The notes beneath the pieces are model-generated. The model saw nothing but the letters and a program-made list of their open reading frames with translations. It was not told the DNA's origin and did not search any database. Shown piece after piece: positions 1 to 8,880 of a stretch of DNA of 37,367 bases. Every line of letters begins with the position of its first letter. Within the stretch, counting starts at the first letter, position 1. The DNA comes from Phycisphaerae bacterium (lineage in GTDB: Bacteria > Planctomycetota > Phycisphaerae > UBA1845): the NCBI GenBank assembly GCA_046754265.1, contig JBHHVM010000002.1, positions 1-37,367 of the forward strand, read 5' to 3'. Both the position numbers and the translations under genes were made by a program.

Positions 1-95
1 CCCGGCTTGGATGACATGGCGGAACGGGCTGGGCATGAAGCCATCGTACTTGGGCCGATTGATGCTGCCAACAACCATTTGCGCTCCGCAGGCGC

Positions 96-2144
96 ATGTT
101 GCCTTGCGGTCTGTGGCCGGGACCATTACAATCAATTAGGAAAGCCTGTGCGCACGAGCTAATGAAAGATGCCAGCTCAACATCTCCAGCGCATGAGTCC
201 GGCGTGAATCGGCCATTGTGGTTGGTCACCGCCCTCTTCGTCGTGGGCATCGTGACCGGCTCCTACTGGTTCGCCAAGTCCAGAACACCCGCACCGGCGG
301 ATCCCGGGACGCTTAACGTCCTCCTGATCACCCTCGACACAACTCGGGCCGATTTCCTGGGATGCTACGGTTCACAGGCTGTGCAAACGCCGAACCTCGA
401 TCAGCTCGCGAGCCAAGGCGCCCTGTTTGAGAACTGCACGACCTGCACCTCGCTGACGCTTCCATCCCATTGCAGCATCATGACCGGCGTCTACCCCTTC
501 GTCCATGGCGTGCGAAAGAACGGCACCAACCGGTTACCATCCAACAGCGAGACGCTTGCAGAAATCCTGAAGGCGGCTGGATTGCATACCCGGGCAATTG
601 TGGCGTCGTTCGTGCTCAATCGAATGTTTGGAATCGATCAGGGTTTCGAGGGATTCAGCGAAGTGTCTCGTGGGGCCAACACCATCGCCCTTCATGCTGA
701 GCGCCGCGGCGACGAAGTTTGCGAAGATGCCTTGGGTGCCCTGCGAGACCTGTCATCCGATCGGTTTTTTCTATGGGTACACTTCTACGACCCGCATTAT
801 CCGTATGTGGCCACGGGTGCCGGGTTGTCTAGCCCGACCCAGGCCTACGCTCAAGAGATCGAGTTTACCGACCGTCAGATTGGTCGATTGATCGAGGAGC
901 TCGCGGTGTTGGGCTTGACCTCGCGAACGTTGGTGGTCGTGGTGGGCGACCACGGTGAAGCGTTTAGTGAGCACGAAGAATACCAACACGGATATTTTGT
1001 CTACGACACCACCCTACGCGTCCCGCTGATCTTTCGATGCCCCGGCACGGTACCGCCGGGCCGGAAGGTCCAGGGGCGCGTTCGCACCATCGACGTAGCA
1101 GCCACGATTTGTGATTTCCTGCATCAGAAACCGCTCAGCCGGCAACAAGGCCATAGCCTGATGTCGCTGATTCGCGGCGACAGCCAGGATCTCGACCTGA
1201 ATGCCTACGGCGAATCCCTGGAAGGACACCTGCAATTTGGCCTGTCACCGCTCCGCAGTCTTCACCACGAATCGTGGAAGTATATACTGGCCCCCAGACC
1301 GGAGCTTTATGATCTGCACGACGATCCGGGCGAGTTGAACAACCTGATAGATCGCTTTCCGGAGCGAGCGGCCCAAATGCGCCAACGCCTGCGATCGATC
1401 ATCGCCGCCGCCCCTCCGCCGCCTCCGGACGACGCAGCGGCTCTGGAATTGAGCGCCGCCGACCTGGCCATGCTGCAATCGCTCGGTTACACCGGTGGCA
1501 TAGACACCCAGGCCCTTCAAGGCGATGAGCAAGAGCGGTTTGAGCCGATAGGAAAGGATCCAAAGGACTTCACCGAAGCCATAACCTTGTATTCCCAGTC
1601 TCATTGGGCCTTGACCGCCGGCCAACTGGAATACGGCGAGTCGTTGCTGCGAAGATTGGTCGACCGCGTTCCGTCGGCAGCACATATACGGGCCGATCTC
1701 GCCTTTGTCCTCCAGGAGCAGCAGAAGACCGCCGAGGCCCTTGTCCAGTACGAGCGAGCCGTCGCCCTGGCGCCGGATGACGGCTACGTTCGCCGGATGT
1801 ACGGTGGACTGCTCATGAGGATGGGACGTTGGGACGCTGCGGTCGAGCAGTTGACCCGGGCCGTCGCTGATCGGCCTGACGACCTGGAAGGCTGGTACAA
1901 TTTGGGCGTAGCCGTCGCCTCCCAGGGGCGATTCGCCCAGGCCAGGAATCACTTCGAGCGGGCGTTGGTCATCGATCCCAAGCATGTGAGCTCGATTCAC
2001 GCCTTGGGTGCAGCCTACTTGCGGGAAGGAATGCTCCATGAAGCCGAAGATTGTTTTGGCCGGGCGCTCCGAATCAACCCAAGCCATCGCAGATCGCAAC
2101 AAGACCTGCAACGCGTTCAGCAACGATTGCACCAGAGAGGGTAG
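96..2144 (+). CDS. Membrane-anchored alkaline-phosphatase-superfamily (sulfatase/NPP-like) hydrolase with C-terminal TPR repeats
   Basis: 682-aa ORF; an in-frame alternative ATG at 162 would give MKDASS... TM helix LWLVTALFVVGIVTGSYWF. Metal/active-site blocks NVLLITLDTTRADFLGCYG, TLPSHCSIMTGVYPFVHG and VVVVGDHGEAFSEHEEYQHG. The last ~190 aa are TPR-like repeats (e.g. WYNLGVAVASQGRFAQARNHFERALVIDP). Confidence 0.8.
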   Translation: MLPCGLWPGPLQSIRKACAHELMKDASSTSPAHESGVNRPLWLVTALFVVGIVTGSYWFAKSRTPAPADPGTLNVLLITLDTTRADFLGCYGSQAVQTPNLDQLASQGALFENCTTCTSLTLPSHCSIMTGVYPFVHGVRKNGTNRLPSNSETLAEILKAAGLHTRAIVASFVLNRMFGIDQGFEGFSEVSRGANTIALHAERRGDEVCEDALGALRDLSSDRFFLWVHFYDPHYPYVATGAGLSSPTQAYAQEIEFTDRQIGRLIEELAVLGLTSRTLVVVVGDHGEAFSEHEEYQHGYFVYDTTLRVPLIFRCPGTVPPGRKVQGRVRTIDVAATICDFLHQKPLSRQQGHSLMSLIRGDSQDLDLNAYGESLEGHLQFGLSPLRSLHHESWKYILAPRPELYDLHDDPGELNNLIDRFPERAAQMRQRLRSIIAAAPPPPPDDAAALELSAADLAMLQSLGYTGGIDTQALQGDEQERFEPIGKDPKDFTEAITLYSQSHWALTAGQLEYGESLLRRLVDRVPSAAHIRADLAFVLQEQQKTAEALVQYERAVALAPDDGYVRRMYGGLLMRMGRWDAAVEQLTRAVADRPDDLEGWYNLGVAVASQGRFAQARNHFERALVIDPKHVSSIHALGAAYLREGMLHEAEDCFGRALRINPSHRRSQQDLQRVQQRLHQRG

Positions 2145-2151
2145 GGCATTT

Positions 2152-3945
2152 TCAAGTGGGTGTTGGAGTCTGGGTCTTTCCGAAGAACAGCCAGGCTGGA
2201 ATACCGAACGCAACGGTGGCAACCATAGGGATGGCTGCATCCGAGTACTCCTGTAGCACTAACTTCCCGATGGTAAAGGTAAGTGCGTACAATGCCGCAG
2301 CCGAAAGAGGCCAGGCCAGCAACGACTGCCAGGTCAACTCTGATCGCCCAGCCTCCGGGCATCGCCGTTTCACCGCGTTCCAGAGAAAACCACTGGGGCG
2401 GGCTTGGCGATAAAAGCGTTGCAGTGTGTCCCAATCTGAGTGAGGCGTAAGCAAGGTAACGGTGACCCAAACCAGGGAGCAGGTTACCGACGTGGCCAGG
2501 ATGCAGGTGGTCGCGCTCCAGTCGGTCAACGTTCGAAAGGCAGTCGTGCTCACCAGCGAAGCCACCATGGCGGATATCTCCGACCAGGCGTTGACCCGCC
2601 ACCAGAACCAACGCACCATGAGCACCAAACCGATGCCCGCCTGCAGGTTGAAGAGCACCAGCCAGGCGTCTTTGATGCTGTTCATAAAGTACGCCAGGAC
2701 AATCGACAACAGGGCAAACCCCAGCGTGGCTAGACGCGAAACCCGTATGCACTGCCGTTCATTGGCCAGGGGCCGCCAGAATCGTTTATAGAAATCGTTG
2801 ACGAAGTACGACGCGTTCCAATTAAGATGCGTGTCCACGGTGGACATGAACGCAGCCAGCAGTGAGGCGATCATCAGGCCGCGAAGCCCGATGGGAAGAA
2901 CGTCCATAATCAGCATGGGATAACCCGATTCGCGGTCGGCAAGATCGGGATAGTAGACCAGAGCCACCAGCGCTACGACGATCCAAGGCCAGGGGCGCAA
3001 CGCAAAGTGGGCCACGCTGTACCAGACGGCGGTGAGCACCGAATCTCTTTCCGAGCGGGCGCTGAACATCCTCTGCGTCCCTATGCCTCCGCTACAATCT
3101 CCCCACCACAGAATCGAAAGGTAGACGACAAACGCACTGAGCGGCATCCATTCCGAGCCGCTGCCGGGCCAAAACGCCAGCAGATCCGAGGCCTGATCGG
3201 CGCCAAGCCGGTCCGCCAGCTTCGTTTTGAGGGATTCGACGCCGCCAACGGCATCCACAGCATAGAACGCAAACAGCATCGAGGCGACGATGGCCACTCC
3301 GAATTGGAACAGGTCCGTGATGACGATGCCCCAGAACCCGGACATAACCGTATACAGGGTGGCCGTCACGAAGAGCGCAATCAGCACGATCCATTTCCAG
3401 GCGTCGAACGACCCGGCTGCCCAGCCAAACGAGTTGGCGATGGCCTGCTCCAGAGAAACCACCCAGTGGGGTTCTGCAATCGTCGCACTGACGATCTTCT
3501 GCATGGCCAGCATCACCCAGGCCAGAGTGAAAGTACTGAAGATCACCGAAACATAGAATGCCTTGAACCCCCGAAGAAATGCGCCCGGCCGCCCTCCGTA
3601 GCGCAGTTCGATGAACTCGGCATCGGTGATCACCCCCACGCGACGCCACAGCCTGGCAAAGACGGCGATGGCCAGCGTCCAGGCGACCACCTGGTTCCAC
3701 CACAACCAGTTTCCGGCGATGCCCTTTTCAGCAACGATGCCGGTAATTGCCAGAGGGGTGTCAGCCGCAAAAGAGGTGGCCACCAGCGAGGTTCCGGCGA
3801 TCCACCAGGGCAGCCTGCGTCCAGCCACGAAGAACTCGGCCACACTACCGCCGGCCCGGCGCATGAACAGCAGCCCGATCGTCGTCACCAAAGCGATATA
3901 ACACCCGATGATTGACCAATCCAGCCAATGCATCAGCGACGACAT
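2152..3945 (-). CDS. Sodium:solute symporter (SSF) family transporter
   Basis: 597-aa highly hydrophobic multi-helix ORF. The N-terminal block FFVAGRRLPWWIAGTSLVATSFAADTPLAITG is typical of the SSF family. Its start overlaps the stop of the upstream gene by 13 nt (3933-3945), suggesting co-translation in an operon. Confidence 0.85.
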   Translation of the reverse strand: MSSLMHWLDWSIIGCYIALVTTIGLLFMRRAGGSVAEFFVAGRRLPWWIAGTSLVATSFAADTPLAITGIVAEKGIAGNWLWWNQVVAWTLAIAVFARLWRRVGVITDAEFIELRYGGRPGAFLRGFKAFYVSVIFSTFTLAWVMLAMQKIVSATIAEPHWVVSLEQAIANSFGWAAGSFDAWKWIVLIALFVTATLYTVMSGFWGIVITDLFQFGVAIVASMLFAFYAVDAVGGVESLKTKLADRLGADQASDLLAFWPGSGSEWMPLSAFVVYLSILWWGDCSGGIGTQRMFSARSERDSVLTAVWYSVAHFALRPWPWIVVALVALVYYPDLADRESGYPMLIMDVLPIGLRGLMIASLLAAFMSTVDTHLNWNASYFVNDFYKRFWRPLANERQCIRVSRLATLGFALLSIVLAYFMNSIKDAWLVLFNLQAGIGLVLMVRWFWWRVNAWSEISAMVASLVSTTAFRTLTDWSATTCILATSVTCSLVWVTVTLLTPHSDWDTLQRFYRQARPSGFLWNAVKRRCPEAGRSELTWQSLLAWPLSAAALYALTFTIGKLVLQEYSDAAIPMVATVAFGIPAWLFFGKTQTPTPT

Positions 3946-5735
3946 TCAGGGGCGATCGGCCCGGAGATTCCCGGGCCCGTGAAGCAGTTCCCAAACAGAG
4001 AGAAGTCGCCCAGGTCCACGACCAGATCGAGGTTCAAGTCACCATCGACCGCCAGTCCGGAGGCGGCGTTGGCCGGGCCTGCAAGCATGGCGCGGAAGTC
4101 GGCGAAGTCATCCCAGTCTGCGTCACCATCCCCATCCAGGTCCGCAACGTTCCGAGGATCGGGAAATTGATTGGCGTAACCGTCGAAGTGAAACACACTG
4201 AATCCCTCCAACGCCTGCAACTGGCTCGGCGTCAAAAGAGTGTGCAGCCATTCCAGCGCGGTGGTCATGGCTGAGTATGGTGTCGGGGTCATGTTGTCTG
4301 CAAACGAATTGATCGGCACCTCGGGTGGCACGGGCTGAATGTCCGCCGCCAGCAGAACGCGTCTCCCCTTGCCCGCAGCCTGGTCCAATTCATGCGTGAC
4401 CCAGTTCAATAGTCCGCCGGGCGAGTCGATGTAACTCATAAAGGTCAGCTCATCTGCATGATCCATCACATGCTCGTTGAAGAGCTGCGTCACGCCGTCA
4501 TACACAAATGGGTTGGGCAACATCCCGGCGATGTTGAAGTGGGCGGATAAATCGGCCCCAACGCCCATGGCCGGCTCACCGTTGGCATCCAGGTGGTTTC
4601 GGGCATTGACCAGCACGTTGTCGAGAAACTGCCGGGCAACGTTCTGTCGCTCGGATTCCACGGAAGTCCAGCCCACGCTGATCCAGAATTCGATGTCATA
4701 ATGCATGTCGTCGAAGTTGTCGAGAGAGTTCCCCGGAGTCTCAGCGTGAAATGTCAAGATGTCGTCGATACTGGAGCGGATTAAAACGGGATCTTGATAC
4801 ACTTCAATGGCACTGATCAATGCCGCGACGCGGATGCCGCTGCTATGGGCGGTGGTGAGGAAGGTTCTCAAGTTATCGCGCAATGTCGCGGCGCCGGCCC
4901 AGGCGTCGAACGCGCCGAAGTAGATGCGGTTGATCCCTTCGGCGGCGCAGAAATCCAGTATGCGTTGCGACTCGGCCGCATCGTCTACCCGCAGGTTGTT
5001 GGGAAAAGTGTACAGCCACATCGCGCGAACCGCATCACCGTCGGGAGGTGGGCGAAGAACAACGGGAGTCAATTCGAACGGCCCCCCGCCCACATGGGTC
5101 ACTCCGAAAACTTCATCGAAATCGAATCGCGAAATCCCAGTCTGATCGTTGGTTTCCAGGACCAGTTTGGGCCGCCCGGAGGTAAGATCCAACGGCCCGG
5201 TCCCGGTGGTGCGAGTCATCGCCGTAAATGCAAACGTGAAGGTCTGATAGACCGACGAAATGGGAACGGCCGGAGTGGACCATTCGGTGGCATTAGGCAA
5301 ATCCAGAGCGAAGCGCAACAAGGGCGTGCCGGTGTGTCCACCCAAGTCCACCGAGCGGGCATCCACGCGCACCGCCTCGAAGCCGGACAAGTCCACCACC
5401 CCCTGCATGATTTCACCGATGCCGAACGTGGCGCTGGCCCAGTTCGCCGAATGAAACGCGCCGTTGCCGATAGAGCCGCCGGCCTGTACGCCCGCGTCGG
5501 TAGTGGGCACACCAAAAGCAAACCAATTCTCACGCGGATTCATGCTGCCCAACGGAGAGGCATTAAAGTCGGTGATGATGACGTCGGCCAGCGCGACCGA
5601 GCCGGACAGCGCGACCGCAACGACCACCCCGGCCAAGCTGGAGCGGCACGCCACACCCCTTGGCAGGCGTGTTGAGGTGCATGGAAATGGTCTAGGGGGT
5701 GTGCAGTCGAGCAATTGTTCGCCCCAGTGGCGCAT
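3933..5735 (-). CDS. Secreted protein: N-terminal CBM-like module, central glycoside-hydrolase-like TIM-barrel domain, C-terminal dockerin-like repeat pair
   Basis: 600-aa ORF with a hydrophobic signal-like segment (LAGVVVAVALSGSVALA). Central region is paralogous to ORF 6609-8102 (ILDFCAAEGINRIY, TTAHSSGIRVAAL, MHYDIEFW, LTFMSYID). C-terminus carries Asp-rich EF-hand/dockerin-like repeats DLDGDGDADWDDFADFRAMLAGP and DGDLNLDLVVDLGDFSLFGNCFTGPG. Confidence 0.7.
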   Translation of the reverse strand: MRHWGEQLLDCTPPRPFPCTSTRLPRGVACRSSLAGVVVAVALSGSVALADVIITDFNASPLGSMNPRENWFAFGVPTTDAGVQAGGSIGNGAFHSANWASATFGIGEIMQGVVDLSGFEAVRVDARSVDLGGHTGTPLLRFALDLPNATEWSTPAVPISSVYQTFTFAFTAMTRTTGTGPLDLTSGRPKLVLETNDQTGISRFDFDEVFGVTHVGGGPFELTPVVLRPPPDGDAVRAMWLYTFPNNLRVDDAAESQRILDFCAAEGINRIYFGAFDAWAGAATLRDNLRTFLTTAHSSGIRVAALISAIEVYQDPVLIRSSIDDILTFHAETPGNSLDNFDDMHYDIEFWISVGWTSVESERQNVARQFLDNVLVNARNHLDANGEPAMGVGADLSAHFNIAGMLPNPFVYDGVTQLFNEHVMDHADELTFMSYIDSPGGLLNWVTHELDQAAGKGRRVLLAADIQPVPPEVPINSFADNMTPTPYSAMTTALEWLHTLLTPSQLQALEGFSVFHFDGYANQFPDPRNVADLDGDGDADWDDFADFRAMLAGPANAASGLAVDGDLNLDLVVDLGDFSLFGNCFTGPGISGPIAPECRR

Positions 5736-5736
5736 T

Positions 5737-6612
5737 CTACAAGCCGCCTGGAATAGCGGCGGGGTCCCCTTTCCAAACTTTCCAACTGACCTGATTGTAG
5801 CTTATCTTGTCGGGTCTGAGCGATTCGACGTGAGTATCCACAGTCAGGCCGTTGGTTCGTCCCGAGTGGCGGCCCCCAATGATTCGGCGGAATTTGAAGA
5901 CCTTCTCGGGCAGGGCCGGCGCACCGTTGGGCAGTCGATAGCCACTGAAAAATGCCTCTCCACCATCGCGATAGAATCGCCATCCCGGAGACGCCGGGGT
6001 CTTGATGGGCCAGGCATTTCCCACAACGGTCAATACGGCGCTGGTCCGTCGGCAGTTGTCGATCTTGTTAACATATGGCGGGATGGGAGGCGGCCCCCTG
6101 AACCCCAATTCCAGCTTCTCACCTTTGCGGTGGATCTCGCCATTGTAAGCATAGCTTCCACCGACTTCCACGCGGTCAACCGTGTGGGGGGGGTCGGTGC
6201 CGTTGTTCCATTTTTTGATCTCCCGAGGGGCCCGCTCCGACGGACACAGGAAAATCGATTTTTTCGCCCCGCGGATTCGCTTGTTCGTGGCTGGGTCGTA
6301 CTTGCCCAATTGGTCGTTGATGATGCCTCCGTTATGAAACGGAACGGGCCAGCGGTTTTGCAGGCCCAGGGTGTCCACCGCAGGTGGCCAGACGCCACCA
6401 TAGCATTCGGCGTACATCGTAAACGCGGTGCCGATGCCCTTGAGGTTAGCCCGGCACTTGACATCCTTGGCCTGGGCCCGGGCCCGTTTCAAGCTCGGCA
6501 GCAGGATGGAAATCAACAGGGCGATGATTGACACCACCACCAGCAACTCGATCAGCGTGAAACATCGCTTTCTTCCACTCCCGTCGAACGCTCGGCGATG
6601 TTTGGCCGTCAT
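5737..6612 (-). CDS. Prepilin-type N-terminal cleavage/methylation domain protein (DUF1559-like pseudopilin)
   Basis: The N-terminus RKRCFTLIELLVVVSIIALLISILLPSL is the classic type IV pilin/T2SS pseudopilin methylation motif. Near the C-terminus there is an H-X9-D(G/T)-like block, GGRHSGRTNGLTVDTHV. The stop lies 1 nt from the next gene's start, and the ATG overlaps the upstream gene's stop (ATGA, 6609-6612). Confidence 0.85.
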   Translation of the reverse strand: MTAKHRRAFDGSGRKRCFTLIELLVVVSIIALLISILLPSLKRARAQAKDVKCRANLKGIGTAFTMYAECYGGVWPPAVDTLGLQNRWPVPFHNGGIINDQLGKYDPATNKRIRGAKKSIFLCPSERAPREIKKWNNGTDPPHTVDRVEVGGSYAYNGEIHRKGEKLELGFRGPPPIPPYVNKIDNCRRTSAVLTVVGNAWPIKTPASPGWRFYRDGGEAFFSGYRLPNGAPALPEKVFKFRRIIGGRHSGRTNGLTVDTHVESLRPDKISYNQVSWKVWKGDPAAIPGGL

Positions 6613-8093
6613 GGCTGACTCTCCAGTTTACGATACGGATCGTAGTAATGAATCGCGATTCCTGCACAGCCCGCCGTGCGCGAAGCGATCCTTGCCAGCG
6701 TGCTCAACTGATCCCGAAAATACTCGAATGGATAAACCCCGAAGGTCGTGCCCGCTTCCACCTCCGGTCCGGTGCCCAACTCCACCGAAGCAAAGACGTT
6801 GACGCCGAACTCTTTCCCGAGTTGAAACTCACGAGCACAACAAGCCACAACGCCGTTGGAACCGGTGATGCGTTCCCGATACGACATGACCCCGACGTTA
6901 TCCACTACGCCAAACAAGGCTTCCAGCAGCGGCTTCCTCACTGATCCGAGTTTCACCTCGAAACGAGGTCGACCTTGTGCATCCGTCTGATCAAACCAGA
7001 AGGGGATATCGACGCCGAACTTCATCCCTGCCTGGTTCGATTGCTGCCGTAACGTCCGATTCAACTCCAGGTAGTCGTTCAGCACGATCTTTCTGGAGGA
7101 TTCCTCCTGCCACTCCGGCAGAATGTACGGTTCGTTGTCCAGATGGACGGCGTCGTAGCGTTGCCGGGCGGTGCCCTGCCGATTGAAGTCGGCCAACGCC
7201 GCCACCAGACGCTCCATTCGACCATGATTCTTCTTGAGCACGTATTGGGGGCGACCGTCGAGGGCATGCACGGTCATGCCTCGCTCGTGGGCAGCCCCGA
7301 TCAGCGATCGTTGATGCTCCGCCAGACGAAGGCTGACCATCCCGTTTTCATAAGTGTAGGGCACCTGAACGAATAAATCCGTGATCCCGTGACCCTGGCT
7401 GAAATCGAGCAGTTCCTTCCTGTTGGCTGCATCCGGAAGAATCCGGTCCTTCTTCCATACCCACAGCGCATAGCGAAGATCCCGCGAAGGTTCACCGTCT
7501 TTGGGGCCAACCACCGGAAGATGTCCATCGCCACGCACCACGTGAATCGAGTCCAGGGCAAACCAGGCTGACCCTTGACCCTCAAGCAGCATGTGGAGAA
7601 GCGCGGACCCGTCCCACCCCGGCGGCAGCGGCACCAACAGTTGGCGCCAACTCCCATCACTCAAGTCGGAGGCGCCAAACTCCGCCAGCATTGGCTCAGA
7701 GGGTCCCCCTGCGGCGCTAGACCGCAGTTCCAAGCGCAGCTTCCTGGCGCCGAGAGCACCCACCGCCTGCAGGGCAAGAAAACGCCGCCCAGAATTGTCG
7801 GCCCGGCTGGAGTTGTGCTTGGAGGGTGGTGCGCTCAGCGGGACCACAGCCCCGACGCCCGAGGCCGCCGCCTTGGCCGACACTTCGACGCGCCAGGCCC
7901 ACCTGGCCGGCTCTCCTTGCAGGTCGATTCGATCCGCAATGGTATCGGGTCTACCGCCGGCGCATCCGAAGAACGAACCCGCTTCGGTTTGCGCGGACGT
8001 CCCAAAGTCGACCACAAGCCGTGACGCCGCCTTGGGCGAAGCACATATCGCCCCAAGGCAGGCGTAAACGAGCGGCGTCAATGTGGCCGTCAT
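6609..8093 (-). CDS. Secreted glycoside-hydrolase-like TIM-barrel protein (paralog of 3933-5735)
   Basis: ORF 6609-8102. I prefer the ATG at 8093 (MTATLTPLVYACLGAICA, signal-like), which is preceded by GAGGAG. (beta/alpha)8-like pattern with LLDFSQGHGITDLF, GAAHERGMTVHAL, VHLDNEPY (clan GH-A style NEP acid/base motif), VGVMSYRE and VFASVELG. Confidence 0.7.
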   Translation of the reverse strand: MTATLTPLVYACLGAICASPKAASRLVVDFGTSAQTEAGSFFGCAGGRPDTIADRIDLQGEPARWAWRVEVSAKAAASGVGAVVPLSAPPSKHNSSRADNSGRRFLALQAVGALGARKLRLELRSSAAGGPSEPMLAEFGASDLSDGSWRQLLVPLPPGWDGSALLHMLLEGQGSAWFALDSIHVVRGDGHLPVVGPKDGEPSRDLRYALWVWKKDRILPDAANRKELLDFSQGHGITDLFVQVPYTYENGMVSLRLAEHQRSLIGAAHERGMTVHALDGRPQYVLKKNHGRMERLVAALADFNRQGTARQRYDAVHLDNEPYILPEWQEESSRKIVLNDYLELNRTLRQQSNQAGMKFGVDIPFWFDQTDAQGRPRFEVKLGSVRKPLLEALFGVVDNVGVMSYRERITGSNGVVACCAREFQLGKEFGVNVFASVELGTGPEVEAGTTFGVYPFEYFRDQLSTLARIASRTAGCAGIAIHYYDPYRKLESQP

Positions 8094-8144
8094 GTAGAGC
8101 ACGTCTCCTCGTCTCCGTTCTGACCGCGAGGCAACTCGGCCAGG

Positions 8145-8803
8145 CTAAGTCCGTCGGCGACGCCTGAACCAGACCAATCCACCGGCCACTAGTAGACCCG
8201 CCGCAGTCGGCTCGGGCGTGATGCCGATGATCTGGTCGTAGTGCCACCGCCCGACCCCAGTGTTTGCCCCCTTGGGCATTACCAACTTAAGCTGCAAACT
8301 CGGGTCGTTCAAGTTGGGCAAGCTCCCAAAAAAGGGAGCGAGATTCGCGTAATAGTTTGGGGTCAGGTTGACAAAATCGCAAACGTCTGGTAATTGGAAG
8401 TTGGCACCACCGTGGTAGACCACTCTGCGTATCCAAGGGCCATCAGGAACTTCATTTCCGGAGTCCCGCCAAACGGCACCTGACCGCCGACCAGGTCGGT
8501 GGGTATATCGAATCTGGCATCGACGCTCATGCCGATGAACGGCGACAGGTCTACCCCCACTGGCGATACGTCAACGATGCCAAAAGTCATGGCCGGGTCG
8601 CTGAAATCGGCGGTGTGGAATCGGGCAATACCGGTACCGGCCGATCCCGGAACCTCGTTGCCGCTATCGGTGGTGCCGCCGCCAAACGAACCCCACCCTT
8701 GTGCTCCGGTCTCGAAGTCAAAAAGAACGCTGTCGGCGATGGCCACTGGAGCGGCCGCCGCCATCACCAGTGCAGTGAGTCCTACAAGCTTTTTGCTCTT
8801 CAT
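8145..8803 (-). pseudogene. PEP-CTERM-anchored secreted protein carrying the shared CBM-like module, interrupted by a 1-nt frameshift
   Basis: Two overlapping same-strand ORFs, 8363-8824 and 8145-8423. The first has SD GAGGAGG plus ATG at 8803 and the signal peptide MKSKKLVGLTALVMAAAAPVAIA. The second ends in ITPEPTAAGLLVAGGLVWFRRRRRT (PEP motif, TM segment, Arg cluster). Alignment to the C-terminal module of ORF 16302-17945 runs continuously across the frame change near the T4/A4 run at 8372-8375. Confidence 0.7.
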
Positions 8804-8880
8804 CTTCTTATTCCTCCTCATCAAGAACCTGTGCTAGGATATGCACAATCCAAGCAACGCAACCCTTAAGCCCGGAACCC

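Noticed and set aside
1-78. Possible 5' end of a minus-strand gene leaving the window (ATG at 76-78, MVVGSINRPKYDGFMPSPFRHVIQAG...).
   Set aside because: Only 26 codons are visible. There is no recognisable motif or SD, so it cannot be told apart from a random open frame in GC-rich DNA.
1245-2240. 331-aa minus-strand ORF antisense to the sulfatase/TPR gene. Similar ORFs (470-700, 598-891, 771-989, 1014-1235) overlap the same gene.
   Set aside because: These are shadow ORFs typical of high-GC DNA: Arg/Pro/Gly-rich, low complexity, no family motifs, and fully nested in a gene with strong homology signatures.
3007-6531. Long plus-strand ORFs (3007-3915, 4794-5675, 5464-6531) opposite the SSF, GH-like and pseudopilin genes.
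   Set aside because: They are antisense to well-supported genes. Their translations are Arg/Gly/Pro-rich with no motifs, signal peptides or SD sequences.
8363-8423. Programmed -1 ribosomal frameshift as the explanation for the split PEP-CTERM gene.
   Set aside because: There is no X XXY YYZ slippery heptamer and no downstream stimulatory structure at the shift site. A simple indel in a 4-nt homopolymer explains it more economically.
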